Made by a program: the position numbers and the translations under genes. This document shows, one piece after another, positions 37,360 through 53,478 of a DNA stretch of 64,000 nt (position 1 is its first letter; each line of letters opens with the position of its first letter). The stretch lies in contig CAVNZM010000011.1 of assembly GCA_963693365.1 (NCBI GenBank), forward strand, positions 1 through 64,000, given 5' to 3'. This stretch comes from Amoebidium appalachense. Lineage: Eukaryota > Protista > Ichthyosporea. The notes under the pieces are model-generated. The model did not search any database, had not been told where the DNA came from, and worked only from the letters and a program-made list of their open reading frames with translations.

Positions 37360-38034
37360 GTACGCACCTCCACACAAAGACAAAATATTCGCACACATGT
37401 ACACACCGTAAACGGTAATTCATGAATGCACCGTGGTCACACTAGTATACAGGCACACAGGGAGAGACACACACGCTTGCACACACCCCATATTGTGGCG
37501 CCACAAGCTGCGCATGCAGTTAAAAAAATACACACACACCCACATGCCCACACACACAACACGTACACACACACTCACTCACGCACGCGCACGCGCACAC
37601 ACGTACACACACACACACACACCGTCACACACACACACGTACACATACATGCACACACACGTGGCACCGTGGCACACACATTGGCACACATCACGCCGAC
37701 ACTGGTACATGCCATCATTGAAATGCATGTACAAACTCACACAGTCACGTCACCTAAAATTAGTAACACATGTACACAAAGTGGCACACTTTACACCTTG
37801 GCACGTTCAAATATATGGTTGCTCGCAGTGTCGCCACCGTGGCAGTTGCAATTCATAATCGATTGCTCAGTACTGTCACTAGTGACACGTGCTGGGCACC
37901 GGGCCAACCCGGTTCTTCCATTGGTAAACAAAAGTAACCTGCAGTGGCTCAGTTATGGTGAAACCGGCGCCGACGGGGGCAGTGGCGAGATGGTGACACC
38001 GGCGCCGAGGGGGCAGTGGCGAGGGAGGGGGGGG

Positions 38035-38072
<38 letters not shown>

Positions 38073-38646
38073 GAAGGAGAGGAGGACCAAGTCCCTGTGA
38101 CGTCCGGGTGTATATAACAAACTGAAAACTTCGAATTCCGCTGGATTCCCTTTAAAACTTGGCAATCACCCTGCGTCCGATCCCTAGAACAGCAGCTCTC
38201 GCCTGCAACATATACGGATAAAGCCAATCATAATCTGGCGTCCATACTCATACAGAATAAGGTGAAGTGCAGACGTTCTGCAGGTGACTTGTCGCCATCG
38301 ACCTTAATACATATGTCATCGCTAAGTCAGGCTTGGCCATTGAATATCAAAGAAAAGCCAGCTGTTTTATGCTGACCCACTATTCGTTGGTTAACCTTTT
38401 CCGGCATAATAAAAAACGAAAAGGAAACCGCTGTGTTTGGCAGTCAGTGACAGTCCCTCCCCCTCCCTCCCCCCCCCAACCCCCCTCCCCCGCCCCCCTT
38501 CCCCCTTCCGTGTCGGGTTGAACATTTTTTGCTCCGGATCTCGACAGCTGCGTCCGTCTAAGATTTCATGTATACCGTACACAGACGTGTGTGGTGTGTG
38601 CAGTGTATATATACATTGTGCCGGTTACTGGGTGGACGTTGTGCTT

Positions 38647-38980
38647 GTGTGTGCCTGCATGTATCTCAGTCCGTGTGTGCCTGCATGTATCTCAGTCCGT
38701 GTGTGCCTGCATGTATCTCAGTCCGTCTGTGCCTGCATGTATCTCAGTCCGTGTGTGCCTGCATGTATCTCAGTCCGTGTGTGCCTGCATGTATCTCAGT
38801 CCGTCTATGCCTGCATGTATCTCAGTTCATGGTGTGAACCTACATACATGTACAGTATATCAGTGTGTGTGTGCCTGCATGTGGTAGTCTGTGTATGCTT
38901 GCATGGGGTAGTCTGTGTGTGCCTGCATGTGGTAGTCTGTAAATGCCTGCATGTGGTAGTCTGTGTGTGCCTGCATGCTT
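38647..38980. repeat. 26-bp minisatellite GTGTGCCTGCATGTATCTCAGTCCGT and a derived 24-bp variant
   Basis: Read directly. Confidence 0.9.
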
Positions 38981-39383
38981 AATAAATTTCAGTCTGTGCG
39001 GAGCACCATGTATCCAACACGTCATGCATATGCCTGTGCACTGTGGCATATGGGTGTTGGTGTGCCAGTGGGCGTGGCTGTGGTCGTTCCACTCCCCGGC
39101 TGCGGTATGCATTGACGTTGGCCACTGATGGCCTGTTGGGTGCCCAGTGCACGTGCTGGTGTGGGTCTTTCTTTAAATTATTCTTTGGATCCCGAGCAGT
39201 CTAAGGGTGTGTGCACTTGCAGGCACCACGTGGGGGTGGCAGCGTGCACGAGACGGTGTGGTGAGGCTAGGGTGAGGGTGTGGGGTTTTCAAAAAAGGTG
39301 GGGTCCATCGGGGGGGGTGTCGAGGCAGGCCAAGGCCAAGGGCTGACATATGCTCTGACATGGATATTGTGTTAAGGGTTGAA

Positions 39384-39422
<39 letters not shown>

Positions 39423-39922
39423 CTTCGTGGTTCGCTTTTTATCTTTTTGTTGTTGTTGGGTAACATGATGGACAGGACGGTGTGTGTTGTGGGCTGGGAA
39501 GGGCAGTTGCTGCCTGGTCGTATGCCCACGAGGGAAGCAAATTCAGCTTGTACGGGCAAGTGGCTGGGCAGGAGGCCGGAGGGAGGACTGGCAGCTCGTG
39601 TCTGGCCTTGGCCCACAGGACCCACTTGGGGCTTGGAATGGGTAAGAAGAGCGGGGAGTGGCTGGGTGGTGGATGGTTGTCGGGGGTGATGGTGGCGACG
39701 GGGGAGAGGGTGTGGGTGGGTTGGGGGGGGGGGGGGGGGGGAGGGGGGGGGGGGAGGGGGAGGGGCAGAGGGGGGGGGAGATCAAGGACAGTGGTTTCTT
39801 TGGTCAGTTTACTGATCTTTTTCAATGTCTTCTCCTCGGTGTCTGGGTGTCATCAAGGCACACCGTCCAACTGTCATATATATGCCTTGTGTGTATCCGT
39901 GTTCGTGCTTTCTGTATTTGTG

Positions 39923-40166
39923 CTCCGGTGCATCATGTGCCCGTCCTGCATGTGTGGTGTGACTGTGCCTGCATGGGCCTTCATACGTACGCCTCTTCAT
40001 GCGTTTTTACATTCTCGCCTTTACGCCTACATACCGGGCAGTCTACTCCGGTGCATCATGTGCACGTCCTGCATGTGTGGTGTGTGCCTGCATGGGCCTT
40101 CATACGTGCGCCTCTTCATGCGTTTTTACATTCTCGCCTTTACACCTACATACCGGGCAGTCTACT
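39923..40166. repeat. Tandem duplication of ~120 bp (2 copies)
   Basis: ctccggtgcatcatgtgc...ataccgggcagtctact occurs twice. Confidence 0.9.
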
Positions 40167-40659
40167 CTGTGTCTGTGATGGCGCTCAGGCTGGCCTTCCT
40201 TCTGCAGTTGTCCAGCTCTCGCCTGAACCGTGTGTGGTCTTCCACCTCGGCCGGCAGGTTGGGCAGCGACCAGCGCCGTGCCACGGCCAACCCTCCGCCC
40301 AGTGACTGTGGCGGCATGGCCAGGCCCAGCGTGTGCCTGCGGGCCAGCATGTGCGGGCTGGTGCGGTGTGCTGCAGGGTCCGAGTGCCTGCGCGGGCCGG
40401 TCGCCTCACTGTCGCTGTTGGCGCGCGGGTCGTCCGGGGGCTCGCTGGGGGCCTCCTGTATGGCCGTGAGGTTGGCCGGCGACGAGTGGCTGCGGCAGCG
40501 GTTGCGCGGTGGCGGCGGCGCGGTGGTGGGCTCGACCCAGCGCTCGACAAAGCGCTCGCGGCTGTCCGGCTGCTGCTGCGGCCCGGCCAGGCTGTGGGCC
40601 AGCGCTCCGCCCAGCTCGTCGGCCAGCAGCCCGACCGGCAGCGCCTGCGGGCTGGCCAT
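40162..40659 (-). CDS. Hypothetical low-complexity protein (MASPQALPVG...). May continue into exons at ~39845-39782 and ~39200-38979
   Basis: GC-rich block with coding-like composition and RxxS-type motifs (RSHSSP, RRHSD, RRHT, RRWSLP). Downstream candidates are DTEEKTLKKISKLTKETTVLDL and TARDPKNNLKKDPHQHVHWAPN...EIY*. Junctions not resolved. Confidence 0.45.
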   Translation of the reverse strand: MASPQALPVGLLADELGGALAHSLAGPQQQPDSRERFVERWVEPTTAPPPPRNRCRSHSSPANLTAIQEAPSEPPDDPRANSDSEATGPRRHSDPAAHRTSPHMLARRHTLGLAMPPQSLGGGLAVARRWSLPNLPAEVEDHTRFRRELDNCRRKASLSAITDTE

Positions 40660-42747
40660 GGCCGTGCCACGCAGCCGGGCGCAAGGGCCCTGCGTGGCCC
40701 CACGGCCAGCGCCAGGCGCGGCGGTGGAGGAGGGAGCACGGAGGCAGTGTGGGCCCGAAACACACGGACTTCCACAGGCGGGTGCTGAAGGAATGGGGAT
40801 TTCTGATGCTCGCGTGGTGTAGGTAGAGTCTGTTTACGCCGCAGCACCAATCTCAGAGCAGGTGCTGACACGCACAATGCATAGCACGCCTAGCTGGGTC
40901 TGCGTGTGTGCTCATTCTTCACTAGAAACTCTACTTGCACGTCCAACCGGGTGGTGTGAAAGTGACGCACAGGTGTGGAGGACCACCAACTTGAACCGTT
41001 TTATTGCCGGTGACGTAACTGTCTCCCTACACCTCAGGCCCAAGTTTATGCCAACCGCCAACTGCGTGGGACTTGCTTCCGACACACTTAGAAAACCCTC
41101 AGGAGACCAAAATCTCTAATATATTATAAACTGAAACATATTAGAGGTTGATTGCTTTGGTTGTATGTGGTGTTTTTAGCGCTTTTATTATGGCCATACC
41201 TGTTTATAAAACCCTCCTAGTGTGCGGTCTAAGTCGTCTGAATGAAATCTGGCGGAGTGCCGCCTACGTTTTTTATCTTTTTGGATATGCACCAATCAGA
41301 TGCTGAGTGAGTGAGCCATCTGATTCGGATGCTAAACGGGCCAAAACAATCTGGTGTTTCTTTAAGTCCCATCACCTTTGCCTCTTGTCTTGGGCGTAAG
41401 CTTGCGGAACTATAGGGAAATAATATATGCTAGAAGATACTATAAAAATATTCCATGAAAGAGCGGCTCGATATCGCAGAGATTCTGCCAAGTCATTTCT
41501 ATATTTGTATGTCGAAGGCCCAGGATAGCACCTCGATCTTTCAGGGCCGACATGGCCCACACCTGCCCCCGGCTCGAATCGTTCCGATACTGCGGGTACT
41601 TTTTGTGAGGCTCAGTCAGGTAACGGGCCACTGGCGAGCAAACTTTCAAAGTCATCCCCGGACGTCTTTTTGATTCTCTCTACGCACTCACCACCATCAC
41701 CACATGTACACGAATTAGCCCTTAAATTTCACGAGCACATCACCCGCCTGTCCGCTTGTGCCCCGGACCACCCGCTCTTCCGGCTACACGCATCCCCGCC
41801 GGACTCGCCCCTCTACCTCTTCCCTTCCACATCGTCTCTGCCCATTGTCGAGCGTTATGCGGACTCAGTGGCTGGCGACATCACCGGAGGTACGGCTAGA
41901 TCATAGTGTGAATATGAATAGTTTCAAGTCTATGATAGACATCTTTTTACTCTACGTGTTGAGTCCCTTCCTGTGTTAACGTTAGGACCGCAAAAACACC
42001 AACTACTAGTAGCATATATGGCGGATACGGTTAGAGAGTCTCGTTCCTACTACATAGATTCGTTTATTCGTAATGTGGTGTGGTGTAAAAACGCAAAGAT
42101 GAATATGGCTTGGCGGTGTAATCGGTTTCTGGTGTCTCCTGCTCGTATGTGTAATATGTGTGGGGGGGGCGGTTTACTCGCGGATGCATATCCGAGTATC
42201 AATAAGTGTAACCTGTTAGCTAACGTAATAGAACCGGAGGTTGTGGGCGGTCTTCTTCTCTTTTCTCCCTCTCTCTCTTCCTCAATATATCCGTTTTAAA
42301 ATGACTATCCTATAGCTAGATCACCTTATTAATGCTGCACAGTATGATATTGTGATACGGTGCCTTAACTTTCTTTCGGAGCTACCGATACTAGCCTCTG
42401 CTTACCCATAATATGTACTATAGTAGGGGTGTCGTATACTACGATGGCGCTAATTGTTGCCTAGCATATGTTTTCCCGAGCAGCAAGGAGGCAGCGTGGA
42501 GTGAATGTGGAGGCAACATGAGGTCGTTTCATTCTTTCTGCATTCCAAGACGTGCATTAGATAAGGTTTTGATTTGTGATTGGTTTCTTTAGGGAGCTTT
42601 ATCCTGAGTTTTGGAGCCAACAATGACGTTGGTTGCAGACTTGCCAAATTGGTAAATGTACGCTCACAGGGGATTGGTTAGAAAAAATGTTAGTTGGTTT
42701 TGATTGGTTTTGGTTAGGGATTTCCGATTGGCTAGTAAGTTACCTAA

Positions 42748-45676
<2,929 letters not shown>

Positions 45677-45973
45677 TTAGATATATAAACGGATCACACG
45701 TTTTGACTCAGTTTTGTCTTTTCAAGTCAGTGTGACCGTGGTTAGTTATAGAGGAAAATTCGGCAGAGAGAGGTGAGGGTTTAGTCGTTTGGTTAAAGTG
45801 GGGTTTGGTGGCTGTCTTGTTAAGCAGCACAACCTCCTTTCGATAACTGAATAGCGTCTACCTCTTTGTGCTGGGTTTTTCGTTCCCACCCTCCGATCCC
45901 TAGATAGGTATAAGGGGGCATCTCCGGCCATTGTGGTTGGATTTGCTGTTCCCTTGGCTAGGTATAGTGCATC

Positions 45974-46005
<32 letters not shown>

Positions 46006-46476
46006 TACACACACACACACACACAACACACACACACCACACACACACGATGGTGGCGCTTTAAATTAAAGTTTTAAGTTTTATGTTTAAAAATTTATTT
46101 GTGTTATTATATGCAGTGGACAGGAATGGTTTTGCCTACATATGTGCCCAAAACTGTAGTTTTTTTTCCGCATCGGCAAAACAAACCCATGATCATTACC
46201 CAATCACATTATCCATAGACGCACCGATACCAATCTCGCGAATCTGCTATTCCCGTGCCCCCTCCCCCCCTTCCTCCAATCCGATACTCCTCCCCCCTCC
46301 CCCTTTCACCGATGCCCAAAACTATATGTCACTAGCTGCATTTGATTGGCTGCGCTGGAAAACACAGTAGGCCGTCGAGTGTGGCTGGGCGGCGGCCCCC
46401 GGCAGTGTCCACGCAATAAAAAGTGTGTAAACAAAACTTTCAAAGTTTGTCCGAGTTCTGTGTGGCGGCATTGAGG

Positions 46477-47193
46477 ATGGAGCTGTGGCTGCTTTTTTTT
46501 GCGCTGCTGGCCGCCGTGCTGGGGCCCATCGTGGCCGTCATGCGCCGCGACTTTGCCAAGCCCGCACTGCTGGCCCACGCAGCCTTGTCACGCGAGAACA
46601 ACCCGCCATACATCCTGGGGCTGGTGGGTGTGCACTGCGGGCTGTACGGGCTGGTGCGCGGGCTGGTGGTGGTGTGTGAGTGGAAGCACAACGCAAAGAG
46701 CACGGCGCAGCACAAGGAGGACCTGTTCCGCCTGATGCTGCTGACCGTCGTCATAGCAACCGTGGCGCGCGCACAGCACCGGCTGCACGAGCACGGCCAC
46801 AGCTACGTGGGGCTGGTGGCCTACTACGCCCTGGCCTACAGCTGCATATTCCAGGTGCCTGCCTGCCCCGTGCATGTGCTCTTGCACACCCAGCGGCCTC
46901 GCGCCACAAACCAGCTGACATACGTCTCACGCCAAATTTTGTTTCTAACCTGCTCTAGTTTAGCCTTGGTCCTGCTTAATCCATCCCTTCGTCCGTCTCC
47001 CCCTCTGTTCCTCTCCTCACTCTATTCCCCTTCCCGCTCTATTCCCCTCGCCCTTCTCCCCCCGCTGTGCTTTTTTTGCTGGTAATCCTTCTTCCTTGCC
47101 CTGTTGTTAAATTTGAACAAACGAACACACTGCAAGTACACCAGGCCCCTCCCCCACACACACATAGACATGCACCCACTGGCAACACACGCC

Positions 47194-47263
<70 letters not shown>

Positions 47264-47322
47264 ACTAAACACACACTCACACGCACACATATATACACAT
47301 ACATGCTTATTAGGTTGCACAC

Positions 47323-47360
<38 letters not shown>

Positions 47361-50141
47361 ACACACACACACTTTTTAAACATGCACACGCGCGTGTGTG
47401 TGGACACGCAAGAACATACCGACTCACACCCAAAGGCACACGCATGCATAAAGCACAAATAGGCACACCTGATTGCATGAGCACCAACGTGCCGCCCAAA
47501 CACACCTCTATGCGCTGCCTGTATCCAGTCCAGTGCACATCTTGCGGTGGGAAGTTAGAAGAGCCCCTTCCTCCCCCCTCCCACCCCACGTTGCCCTTGG
47601 GGACCCTAACACCCACCCGTCCCGGCCGCTGGCTGCTCCCTCTCTTCTGCTTTCCATAGCTGGGTTCACTTCGTTTATGCAGTCATCCCTCCTCTGCATT
47701 CACAGTCACACAGAGATGCACGCACGTGTATGCACGTAGACACATGCGTGGGCACATACGTAATGAAAATATACACATCTGCATAAAAACCCCGCATTCA
47801 CTCATTGCTAGCATTCTGACGCACCGACACAGACAGCCTACACATGCAGACCGCACACAACACAATCCATGCCGACCCATGCATGCTCACTTGCCGGGTG
47901 CCCTTGCAGCCTGCAGCCAAGTGGTGTATCAACTGCTGCCCATGCACTGTGTATCACAATTGCTTGCTGTCTCTCTATCTTTCTCTATTCTTTCCCTCCC
48001 TCCCGCTCGCCCACTCCTCCTCTCTCTCTCTTTCTCTATTATTTCTCTCCCTCCCGCTCGCTCACTCTTCCCCTCTCTCTCTTTCTCTATTCTTTCTCTC
48101 CCTCCCGCTTGCTTACTCCCCTCTCTCTCTCTCTTTCTATTCTTTCCCTCCCGCTCACTCACTCCCCCTGACGTGGGCCCCCCCTGAGGATGGGCTCTGC
48201 TTATTATGCATACTCTTTATGTATGGCTTGCATTCTGCATCGTGTTATCCGTTTGTTCTTGTGTACTTCGTACTTTTTGACGCATTCAAAACCCCCCCCC
48301 CTCTCTTCCTCTATTCTTTCTCTCCCTCCCGCTCACTTACTCCCCCCTCTCTCTCTTTCTCTATTCTTTCCCTCCCTCCTGCTCACTCACTCCCCCCCGC
48401 CCCCCTCTCTCTTTCTATATTCTTTCACTCCCTGCTGCTCACTCACTCCCCTCTCTCTCTCTTTCTCTATTCTTTCCCTCCCTCCCGCTCACTCAAACCC
48501 CCCCCCCCCCCCCCCCTCTTTCTCTATTCTTTCCCTCCCTTCCGCTCACTCACTCCCCCCTCTCTCTCTTTTCTGTCTCCGGGCCCTCCCTCGCCCACAC
48601 ACTCGAGTCCCTCCCCCCCCCCCCCCCCTCTCACCCCAGCTAGCCTGCCCCAATTCTCTGTCTCACCCCCTTTGCCGCCACGCCCCCTCTCTCGTCACCT
48701 CCTTGCTCCACTACCCCCCCCCCCCCTCCCCCCCCCCCCCCCCCCCCCCGCTCTCCCCCAAAGTTTCTTTCTTTCCCCACATCCTCCTCCCCTCCCTGGC
48801 TTTCTGTCTGTGTGATTCTCACGCCACCAGGCCACCACCTACGTCTCCTAAAGGGGGTTTCTTTTAGACTTTTGGGGCCGGGCCGGGTCAGGGGGAATTC
48901 TAGCTATATGATTGGCGTGCTGCGCATCAGTTGCGCACCATCGTTCCGCGGGCAGCAAAGTTCAGATGCGCCTAATACAACAAAAAAGAAAAAGAGAACA
49001 GAAGAAAAAGAAATAAAGAAGGGAATAATAATAATAAAGTGTTAGGAAGATGATTGCAGTTCATATCATGATTTATATGCTGAACAAATGGCTTGACCCG
49101 GATGTGCTGAAATGGGAACAATTAATTGGCCTAAAAGAAACCCCCTTTAACCCCTGTTTCTATCCCCCCCCCTCCCGCTCCCCCTTCACACCCGCCTGAA
49201 CCCCCCTCTGCATGCATGCACGTGCAGGTCAGCAAGGTGCTGCCGGGTGCCGAGCTCAGCCTCAGTGCGCATGCCGGGCAGGCAGCCAATGCACTTGTGC
49301 TGCTGGGGGTGCTCTCTGCCATCCTATTGGCCATGCTCTACCGCCACTATCTATTGGCTAGGGGTCAGGGCCCGCACTTTCTGCGCCACTACCTGCTGAC
49401 GGCCGGGGCGGTGCTGGGGGTGCACGTGGCACTGTTTTTCTCCCCGGGCAGCAACCGTGTGCATGTGCACCACTACTACTGGGCCTGGCTGCTGGCCCAT
49501 CTGTGCCTGTTTCATGACGACACCAGCCGCATGGCCCAGGCCCTCTTCAGCGCCATCTTTGTGCACGGCCTGGCCTGCTTCGGCCACGAGAAGATCTTCT
49601 ACGACCCAGGCACTACCCCCGGTGCGTATGTGTGCTCGTGCCTGGGCATGCATGGCGCGGTGTGCTGTTGCTTTCTTTTTTGGCCCCCCGGGGGGGGGGG
49701 GGGGGGGGGGGAGGGGGAGGGAGTAGGAGGGGGAGAGGGGGGGGGGGGGGGGGGGGGAGAGGGGAGGTATATATATAGATATGCATGGTCTTTATGTGTA
49801 TCGAGGGTGGGTGTTCCTGTAGGCAGAGTGGGTCTGTATGGTGGATTTGTGGCGTGTATGTGCTTGTTGCTCAAAGGAGAGAATGGGGCCACTGTTGGGT
49901 ATGGTACTTATACTAATGCTGGGTGTGGGTTATCACTGTTGGGTATAGTACTTATACTAATGCTGGGTGTGGGTTATCACTGTTGGGTATGGTACTTATA
50001 CTAATGCTGGGTGTGGGTTCACTGTTGGGTATGGTACTTATACAAAGCTAACAGTGCAGGGTGTGGTACTTATACATGCCTAATGCTGGTTTTTGGGTCA
50101 CAGGCGAGCTTCAAGCAGCCCAGGCAGCCATGGCGCCATAG
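46477..50141 (+). CDS. Multipass membrane protein with an HVHHY motif. Exons 46477-46854, 49228-49621, 50104-50141
   Basis: Several hydrophobic segments, strong GC3 bias and in-phase GT-AG joins. C-terminal HVHHYYWAWLLAHLCLFHDDTSRMAQALFSAIFVHGLACFGHEKIF. Confidence 0.8.
47965..48575. repeat. Pyrimidine-rich ~45-50-bp intronic repeat CTCTCTTTCTCTATTCTTTCCCTCCCTCCCGCTCACTCACTCCCC
   Basis: Read directly. Confidence 0.9.
48852..49146 (+). mobile_element. Kolobok-like MITE, copy 2, intronic
   Basis: Perfect 16-bp TIRs AGGGGGTTTCTTTTAG...CTAAAAGAAACCCCCT, flanked by CTAA and TTAA. Homologous to 20409-20706. Confidence 0.8.
49890..50090 (+). repeat. ~42-bp repeat CACTGTTGGGTATGGTACTTATACTAATGCTGGGTGTGGGTT upstream of an acceptor
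   Basis: Units carry branch-like TACTAAT/CTAAC. Acceptor at 50103. Confidence 0.85.
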
Positions 50142-51170
50142 CTGCACCTTAAGGCCTTAGTCTGTATTTGGATAGATGCGAGATATGTTTTAGATCAGTA
50201 GGCAGATAGTGTGTGTGGTTGGGTGGTATATTTGGATAGATGCAAGATATGTTTTTGAGCCGTAAGCAGATAGCTGGATGTGTGCCCGGACACCAGAACG
50301 ATAAATACGAGATGTATTTTTAGCAATATGGAGGTTTCTTTTTCTTGTTCTCGAATGGTATTTAGATCTATGGTATACTTTTAAATTTTAAGAAGTAGGG
50401 AGATACTGAATGTGTGCTCGGCAGGCTCTTTGCTACACTTAGATGTGTTCTTAAGCTGTAGGTATTTGGGTGGTGTGTGTGCTCGACCCATGCATGTACA
50501 TTTTGGATGCACATCTCTTTTGTCATATGAAGTTAGGCGCCAGGAGAACAGTTGGCATCTAGTGAAGCAAAAAGAGGATAGGCGCATTACCGATGTAGGT
50601 GCCCAGATCATGAAATGTAGTGGTGCACTGTAGATAGTCGAAATAAGCCGTGGCCCTAGGCCCTCTGGCAACTGCACCATCCAATAGAATGGCCGGGATG
50701 GTTGGTTGTGCAGTACAAGGCAATGTGCTGGCTGGATGGGACTAGCTTTGTATGCCGTGTGGTGGGGCAAAGGGGGGAGCAAATGTGTGCAATGCCCCCC
50801 TGCCCTGCTTGTGCAGGTTCCGATGCATATCCATAGCAGTAGTATATCCCAGTGATAGTGTTGTGTGTGTGCATTGATGTACCCTTAGGTCGTTATTCAT
50901 ATCAAGGGGTTTGATCCCAATTAGCACTGCAATGCATATCCAACGTGATATTCCTATGCATTAGGATGCATGCATGTCCATTGATGTATCAAGATATCGT
51001 CAAGTAGTCATGTATATCCATGATATATCCGTTTCAGACGTGGTTTGTATATCCATTGGTATACATATACCTATCAGTAGTTTTGTATATCTGTGGGCAT
51101 ATCCCTTGTCAGCCGCTATACATAGAGATGTCTCCCCCGAATTGACCCCATCCAATATAAAAACCCCCCA

Positions 51171-53442
51171 CTAGCACTGAAATGTTGCCTCGGAGCATTT
51201 GAAGAAGTTCTGGGCAGCCACTGCCATGTCCTTCACTTCAACGGGCCGAGGCCCTGCAGGGGGGGGGGGGGGGGGCTAATTCGTGGGGTGCCGGGGGAGG
51301 GGGGGGGGGGGGGGGGGGAGGGACTGCCGGTCAATCCGAATCCACCAGTAAGAGCATCCCAACAATGTGGGCCAGTACATGTGCATGACCCCACCCACCA
51401 AACCTGGGCGCTAGCATGTTCTTTGGGCGGCATCTCAGTGCCTATGGGCGTGGCACTGGCAGGGGGGAGGGTGGGCGGGGGGTTACTGTGTACCTAGGCC
51501 CCGGAAGGGGGAGAGGGCCTGAAGAGGGGGAAGAAGAAGGCAGAGGGGGGAGGGGGGGGGGGGGGGGGGGGGGGGGGGCCTGGAAAGCAGGAGTTGGGGC
51601 GAGGGGGCCCATGCTAGCCTGACAGGGTTCGGGTGTGTGTGCGTGTGTGTGTGGGTTGGGGGGGGGGGGGGGGGGGAGGGGGGGGGGGGGGGTATGGTGC
51701 CTGGGGAAGCAGGATGTAGGGCCCCGGGGCCGGCCAAGCTTGGGAGAAGGAGGGGAGGGAGGGAGGGGGGAGGAGGGGGAGGGGAGGGGAGAAGCCCGAA
51801 AGGAAGGAGGAGAGAGAGGGCAGAGGCAGCATCAGGCCTGGCTCAGCCAGAGGAACACAGACCATTTGGTATCCGGATCCTATCATGATCAGGAGGTAAG
51901 CTTAAGAGGCATATGAGAAGCCATCAGAGACTAGAGGCACAAATCAATTGGCACAAAGCTCAGTTCGTCAATACCTTATGGCATTGTCGCAACCGTGCAC
52001 CACCTCCATCCAATACACTGGCGCCTTGTTTGCACTGCTACGCTTCACAATAAGGGGCATTGCACGGCCACACTTATTAGGACTTGTGGGTCACTTGGAT
52101 TCCGTCCCTTTGCATGGCGCAACCAGCAGGCTAGATTCACAGTTGTCCAGGCAGCTGACCCTGCCCCAATCAGATATCCAGATTTGCTGCTTAAGGCAAC
52201 TGATAGAGCACCCGGGTGGCTGAGAGGCCAGAGTGGGCTGTGTGCAGCACTCAGGCCTTCAGGTTTGATTTTAAATGCAGAAGAGGGCAACGATTATCAT
52301 AATGAAAGTTTTGTGGGCAGATATTCATTCATGAACCCCCCCCCCCCCCCTCCCCCCCGGCCCCCACATACACACCAAGCAACCTGAGAATTTGTTGATA
52401 TGTAAGCCAGCCAATCAGGAGGCAGCTAGTGCATTCCCCTGCACACACGTGACAGCACGGTGCCGTGTGCAGCTAACTATGTGCCCCCTCAGCCAAAGCC
52501 CCTGCACACACATGCACCAGTCAGCCTCCTGGCTGCACGCGTGGAAACGGGCCGGCAGGGCTGTGCAAGGGGGTACACCGCAGGTAGAAAGGGGCCAGAG
52601 GGGAGTAACGGGTAGGGGCCCACGGGAGGGCGGCGAGGGGGGAGGGGAGGGGGGAGGGGGGTGGGGGGGGGAAGGGGGAGGGGGGGCCCGGGGGGAGGGG
52701 GGCGGGCCTTGGTAACTCAGCTCTTTTGCTGTGTTGGTAGACAGCGGACGGTTTTGGGTTGCACAGCCCATCATGTTTGCTACGTGGGACCGTCCTTAAA
52801 TCATCACGGTGATCCATGTTCATATACGGGCCATACATATGCAGAGTGCACCCACCCTCGCCGGCCACCAGACACCATATGCCGACCACTGGTAGCAAAA
52901 CAGTCGCGTGACTCTTTTTGAACCACAACCAGAGTCTGCGTGCTTTGATTGGTTGTGGTGTGTGGCCCATGAGGGCATGAAAGCAGAATGTCATAGCATA
53001 TTGTGGCCACATGGTGAGCCTGGGCCCATACGGCCATGCACTGTGCTGCGACCAGTGGCCCAACCATACCTCCATTGTTCCTGGCCCCCTACTAAGGCCC
53101 ATGCCTTCCCCCACCAATGCCCGAACATATCAATGCATGTGGCCAGCAGCATGCAGGTGGGTGGAAGCCACGTGTGGCCACCACGTGCACTGGCAGTCTG
53201 CTCACGGGTGTAATGTGGATGCTTTTGGCCGGGAGATGGTATGCTGCATGGGCCAAGCCCTGCACGGTCAAAGATGCACACTGGCCACATGGCTGGGCAG
53301 GTGCATTGGGTACTGTGTGGCGCCAGGCGGTGGCATGGGTGACTACACCTGGTGCTGGGGCCCATTTCCTGACTTGCAACATGGACGGTTACTCTTGAAC
53401 GCCCCTGGGCCAGGAATTGGCCCTGCCACACTATCCTATTAC

Positions 53443-53478
<36 letters not shown>

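Noticed and set aside
39482-40822. 446-aa plus-strand ORF
   Set aside because: It is the antisense shadow of the GC-rich minus-strand ORF plus repeats, with no recognisable domain.
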